The notes beneath the pieces were generated by a model. It was not told the origin of the DNA. It searched no databases and saw nothing but the letters and a program-made list of their open reading frames with translations. From positions 5,704,001 through 5,768,000 of the forward strand of contig OZ024753.1 in the NCBI GenBank assembly GCA_964016885.1: a stretch of 64,000 bases of DNA. The letters run 5' to 3'. Positions 57,471 to 64,000 of the stretch are shown here, piece after piece. A program made the position numbers and the translations under genes. Position 1 is the stretch's first letter, and each line of letters opens with the position of its first letter. This DNA comes from Eledone cirrhosa (Eukaryota).

Positions 57471-59059
57471 ATGAGAGGCAAAGCTAACCTCAGTGGGATT
57501 TGAACTCAGAATGCAAAGGAACGAAACTCTATGCCATAAAGTATTTTCTCTGACGTTTTACTGGCTCTGCCAATCCACCAAATGTATGAATATACGACTT
57601 ACTACTGATTCTTCATAGAAATTCGAAGCTAGTTTGTTAAAAAAAACAGTTATGGCTCTAAATAAATGACAAAAATGTATTCATGAATGTCTGTTGCAAT
57701 GAGGTTAGCATTCTAAATCCAATGATGATCATAACAATCTGCATAGATTATGTATTTATATATAAAAAAATAGAAATATGATTAATTCATTTGTAGCTTA
57801 CATAATTAAAATTCATGTTATAGCAAATGCTTAATCAAACTTTTGAAATAAATCCAATATTTTGCCTGTTGAATAAATTTAAAACAAGATGAACTTGTGT
57901 CCCCCCAAAAATTACATTTGTATAAATACACTAGGAATGCAATGATTTCTTTTCTTTTAAATATTTCTTTTAATATTTTAGTAAAGTTATATATATTTTT
58001 TTTGCACAACTATTCCCATCGTGTGATGCCGATTCAATCGAAATAACTTGAATTCCATATATTTTCTTGGAAAGTGCAAGCCAATTTATTTTAAATAACT
58101 TCTTGATATTTTTTTAGAAAACAAATTTTCATAATTAGCATAGAATTTCATAAATATATTTACCTTTATAAATGTTAAAAAGATACACGCAATTATGAAT
58201 ATGTAAATTTTAATCTATCGTGTTATGCATAAGTTTAATAACTTGCCGCCTTTTACGGGCATGCGTGCTCCTATTTCGAATGATTTATAACCGGTCAGAG
58301 GTCATAAATAAGTAACACATTATAATCGCTTAACTCACTGTATCCCTTGTTAAATGGTTCTTCAGTATTGCCTCTACTTATTGGATGTTAGAATAATAGC
58401 GATTGCTAGTTTCGCCAGACTTGTTCAGCCATATTAAGGAAGTGCATAGCTGATTTAAATCGATTAGGAATATATTTTATGGATGACAAATGGATATGAA
58501 GTTCGTAAAGGAAGACGTATGAAATTGTACTGACTTTCACCCAATTTCAAGTAAGTTTCACTGATCATATATACTCCTTCAGATACGACTACCTGTATGG
58601 TTTTTAAAATAAAAAATATGGCCTGCCTATTATGATTAAAACCTATTTGAACAGGTCCATGGTTATTCGTCTGGAGCCCCTAACAGCAACAATGAAAAAC
58701 CCGATGCATCCCTTAACAAGAAAATTTTAGTTTCAAACTGTTATCAAAACGGAACGTACTATTACTCAATTTGAAGCCATTGATTGATATAACGGTATAT
58801 ATAATTATGTTGAAGTTATTCGACTGGAAATGTGTGAGAAAATATGGTTAATTACTGTAATCTATTACGTTACAGTTGTTCTCAATTTAACATCCATATA
58901 AATATATATTCTTTTCTTGACAAAGGCTATAAGAGGTAACTAGGCGAAACCTCGAGCACGCGCTCGATTCTCTACTTTTACTAAAATATGCCCACTCTGG
59001 ATCACACGATGTATCGAGTACTTCTTTGATCTGTGGTCTTCCCGGTAGCAGTATCGCAG

Positions 59060-59111
<52 letters not shown>

Positions 59112-59202
59112 CGATTCATTCAAATATATTAATGTCGAATATATTTTCAAATCTCAAATTCCCTACTGGTATGTCTGTCTCTCTCTCTCTTTATATATAT
59201 AA

Positions 59203-59247
<45 letters not shown>

Positions 59248-60747
59248 AATTAACATGTATATTACGTATCTGAGTATTATATTAAACCAATTAATATCAT
59301 TCCAACAATTCTCTTATTGTCTGGACAGTTTCAAAATCAGTTTACGCTCCAAGTAATGTCACAGTTAGTTTATTATATCTATTTTCTGTCATTTATTATA
59401 TTTTCTTAGTTTTCATATATTCATAAAAATATTATCCTCACGAAACACTGAATAACAAATTTTAGAATGTGAATTTATATATATATTAAAAGTACATTTA
59501 CCGCAATTATCTATTATATAGATTATCGATAAGTAATTAATTTAGTTTCGGTATCTCTAAAGAGTTATTAATGTTTATAAACGTATTTAATTTAGTTTAT
59601 GATCTTTTATATAGGTATGGATATTTGGTGAAACGTGAAAGTGATCGAAAATTTGATGGGTAGTTTCTTGCTGGCGATGTATGCATTTATATATTAATAA
59701 CTTAGACAGATTTGTTACATATACTCTCTTTATGTATACATGTACTATGAGAAAGACAGCTTACAATATCAGCAATTTAATTACGTGAGCTAAACTTTAC
59801 AAATATTCCCAATGAAGCTTAGAAATCAAATTAACAAAAATGTTTTCGTATATTGCTTGCTTGAGTTTGTGCGATGTTATTTGAAACATTGTCCAAATAT
59901 TCTGGCACAGAGTTTCACTGTCTGTATCTTTAGAATTTCTAGTTATCGCTAAACAAAGGTTTTCTGGAAAATTAGTAGACACTACTGATATAATTAAACG
60001 CGGGATAATACAAAGGTCTCTCTGATGATGTTACCGTACTAATGATACAATAATAATGCTAAAGGTGTAGACATTGAGATGATTGAAATCAAGCTAATGC
60101 TAGCTACCTATCTACTCCCCGGTGATGTTAAAGTGCTAATGATAATGTAATAATGGCTAACTTTAGATATATTTAAGAGACCGGTTTTAAAGCGGTAATA
60201 GTTACAATTATTCTCACGAGAGATGATAAAGACGCTTTACCATGCAGCCCATAATTAAGTCGATGTTCATCATACAAAAGACTTATTTGGAAATATTTCC
60301 AATGCCATTATTTTAAATTGCTCATTTAATGAGTCATTTTGAGACAAGAAACAATCTCTTCTAAAACTCATTCTTTATAATTTTCATGCAACGTCTTGTA
60401 AGACTGTGACACTGTATAAATCTATTTCAGATTTAATTATGCGAATTTCGGAGTTCTTTCTCATGAGGATTACCTTTAATTCGAATGGTTTTTCTTGTTG
60501 TTTTGCGTGTACTTTATTGAGTTCAAGTTATCTCTGACATGTTGTATTAAGAATGTTTATCGCCCTGTCGTTCTGGTTGAACATATAGCCATGATTCTTT
60601 TTCTCGATTCGACTCTGTCATATTTTGCTCGTGGCAGCTCCTCCAAATTGCACCAACAAGATTCTGTGATATCTGCTCACGTCCGGATATCCATACCTTG
60701 GTAACCACAGGAGCGCATCACTGACAATATCATCATTTCAACCATTT

Positions 60748-60960
60748 CTACGCTTCTTCTTACCGTATCCACAATCGTGTCAGTTAAAAAAGCTTGGCTA
60801 GATGTGGTTCCGCCACAGCTGAACACATTGCTGTCCTTTCTAATTAAACTCTGCTATGTCCACTGCTGTGCAGGGGTGTTCCAGCAGGGGGCATATCAGG
60901 AGGTGCTGCGTAGTCTGTGATTCGATGCCGCAGTCACATATCCCCATTTTGCAAGAGTGA
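60748..60960 (-). mobile_element. Second Ingi/Vingi-type LINE 3' end
   Basis: Homologous to 36754-36988; here LAKWGY is intact, followed by a short deletion before CDCGIES; shares the gaagaagcgtag end. Confidence 0.7.
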
Positions 60961-63134
60961 CATCCGACACTAGATCTTAGTCTGTTTAGGCATTTCCACG
61001 CTGTATCATTTCATTGTTTATATAAGTACTTCATTTTTAATCCTCATTTTCATTCAGTCTTGCATATATTTTCTTTATCTAACACCCCTCTCTTCCGTTT
61101 CTGTCTCTGTCTCTCAGTTCCAACGTCTTGCATTGATTTATTTACATATACAAACATTGAAACACACAGCCACATCACAAATAAATACATTTTTGTTATA
61201 TCAGGAAATATTTTGATTAAAACATAAAAAAAATTATAGTCTATATGCCAGTCAAATGCTGTTTATGATATGAATAATTAATACAAGAATAATTATTACT
61301 TCTTGTATAAATAACAAAACTAATATCACTTAAATCAAACGACAATAACAACACATGGAATGAAGCCAAGACGTAATATCTAGAGAGATAGATAATTTTT
61401 CATGTAATACTTTTCGTCTGGTGGAAAAACATGAAAGAATTACAAATTGGCTATTTTCCAAATAATCATACTAAAATGTTAATGATATCTCTACTGAACT
61501 TAAAACTTCAATTATTTCGACAAATTATGCAAGAATTTATATAATCTTCATCATTAGTCTTCATTTCTATCAGTTTGACATTAAAATTTATTCTTGTAAC
61601 CAGTTTACGTTTAGAAAAACTCTAGTATAACATTGTACTGATATCGGTAGAAAACAACTTCAAGGTATTTAAATGGGGGAAAACGTTAGAATAATGGAGC
61701 ATATATTTATATATACCCCCACGTTATTAGTTCAAATTCCAACGAAATTATTTGTCTTTTGTATAACAGACTTGTATAAAATACATACATTTAATACACT
61801 AAGTTTGAATGAGATGACTATAACTACTCTGAAAATAAAGTTAAAAAGAAAATTAGCATTCTGATTTTTCATTATAGAATCTATATTGATTTATTATACA
61901 GAAATCGCAATATGTGTTATCTTCAAAGTTTTCTGTGTAAAAACAACATTATCTATGTAATTATGAAGCACTAAGTTATTATTAGTTACACTCAATACTA
62001 GGTTCTCTGTTCTACCTCCACTACATTCTCCACAAATAATGGTTTTTGATTTAGCCATAAGGCCAACAATTTTGGGTGAGGGAAAAGTCGATTAAATCGA
62101 TACCAGTAAGTTACTGGTACTTGACTTCATCGACCTACCCACGTAAGGGTGAAAGGCAAAGCTATCCTCGGTGGGATTTGAATTCAGAACGTAAACAGAC
62201 GTAACTCTACGCCACGAAGCATGTTGTCCGACGTTGTGTTCTTGAGCAAAACACTTTAATTTCACGTTGCTAAAGTACACACAGCTGAGAGTGAGTACCA
62301 GCAGTAGCTGGTACTTAAACTGCGATATACCGGCGTCCTGTCTAGGGAGACTTTTGTACTCCCAGTCGCTAAACGCTAAGAACACCAGGGATAAGCTCTG
62401 GTATGAAGAACCTTTGGGCTAGAACAGACTTTAAATTTAACTGTCAATCAAAACAAACATATTTGTTCGCTCTACAAAGCAACTAGTTTCAAAATCAATA
62501 ATGACTCCCGCCACAAAGCAGTGCTGCAGCTGATGATGATGATGATGACGATGACGATGATGATGATGATGATGATGATTATGATAGAAGATACAGTAAT
62601 GCTCTTCATAAATGCTCGAACATTTTCACTTGATATTGTTACATATGGAATCAAATGTATTAATGAAGAAACATTGAAGATGTGAGTAAGAACTAAACAT
62701 CAGCCGACCATACCATTAAATAAATCTACCAAAATTTAACAAAGACAGAAGAGAATTAGATGTGAAAATAGAGAGATTATGATAGAAATAATAGAAGGAA
62801 AGAATGAGTGCAGATATCAACAGACAAGTATTAATAGACAACAGAATGTCTATGAAGTTTAGGAAGTTGCGTCTAATTATAATTCAAAGCTTTACTTGAT
62901 GTGTTGAAAACAGACATTGCAAATAAGTTGAAATATATTCTCCGCCCAAGTAATCACTTCAATTGATTTCATTCACTTTACAATTCCTGTATTCTTTAAT
63001 TATCAGAGGAATTATGTATGAACTATCTAAAGATGTGACCTTGTTTGGAAAACCGTGAGCATATAATGGTAGTGTAACGTGTCTTTTCATATATAGTACC
63101 GTTGAATACTGTGGTTTAACTGCAGTTCATAAAG

Positions 63135-63425
63135 ACTGTGATTTCGCAGAGTGAATAGAACGCTGGATAGATTGCTTTGTTATATTGGTTCCGGCTCTCT
63201 GTTCTAGGAGTTAAAATCCCGCCGAAGTCAACTTTGCCTCTCCTTCTTTCGAGGTCGATAAAAAAGTACCAGTCTCGTACTGGGGTCGATTCTTCCTCTA
63301 TATCTCCTTCTCTCTTCCATTATCTTACTCTCACTATTCTTCTTTGGGAGAAATCGGCTGTATTCAAGCCTGGTGAGGATTTGGGTTCCGCCAGGTTTAA
63401 AAATGACCTAGAAATGCCGTATATA
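63135..63425 (+). mobile_element. SINE family A, long-tail subtype
   Basis: Homologous to 3340-3680. Confidence 0.75.
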
Positions 63426-63785
63426 AAACACCATAGTTCATGTCCTTTATTTCCAAGGGTATCTCTACTATTGCTTATGTTGTTTAGCTACATGTCTTTC
63501 CCGGTTAAGAATATCTATGATGCTATATTATTCGCTGACCACGTCTTACTTACAGTAGAAATGCATCTATAATTAAATAATTCAAAGTCTTGCTTTATCT
63601 GTGTCATAATTTGTGATATCAAAAAAACGGCACAAAGCGTCCAAAGTGTTATGATATAACGGACGCTAACCGGAAGTGTTGACATTTGAAAATTTTAAAG
63701 AAGTGAATCTTAAAATAAGCAATACTATATATATAAGAATATTTATGTTTAATCAAGAGCTACGAAATTTAGTGCATAAATTACA

Positions 63786-63985
63786 TAATATTCATTCATT
63801 ATTTATTCAAAGTTATTTGAACTCGTTACGGACCTTGGCATTCTGAGTTCAAATCCATCTAGGTTAACTTTACCTTTCATCCTAACGGGGGTCGATAACA
63901 TAAAGTACCAGTAATACACTGGTATAATTGCTGGCCTTGTGCCTATTGTAGAAACAATTAATATTCATTCATTATTTATTCAAAG
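63786..63985 (+). mobile_element. 5'-truncated SINE family A between 27-bp direct repeats
   Basis: taatattcattcattatttattcaaag at 63786-63812 and 63959-63985. Confidence 0.8.
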
Positions 63986-64000
63986 GGCGGTAGATTGGCA

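Overview
AT-rich, microsatellite-saturated eukaryotic DNA that looks intronic or intergenic. The repeat landscape suggests a coleoid cephalopod, most likely Octopus (inference). I could not identify any host protein-coding gene, and almost all ORFs in the track are microsatellite artefacts. The real coding traces are all retrotransposon fragments: an open 220-codon C-terminus (CCHC knuckle plus PD-(D/E)xK endonuclease) of an R4/Dong-type non-LTR element, RTE-type fragments, and two Ingi/Vingi-type 3' ends. The window also holds about 30 tRNA-derived SINE copies from two families, piggyBac- and mariner-like MITE ends, and four minisatellites. The main hidden signal is a set of about ten unrelated short non-coding elements sitting in (TA)n tracts. 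Most are fold-backs, and many carry a minimal type I hammerhead ribozyme (HHR) followed by a shared TTGAGTAC-like tail motif. They look like Penelope-like pseudo-LTR or retrozyme-type elements, and one family has a compensatory U3-A8 core variant. All folds were read by eye and are untested; element boundaries are approximate.
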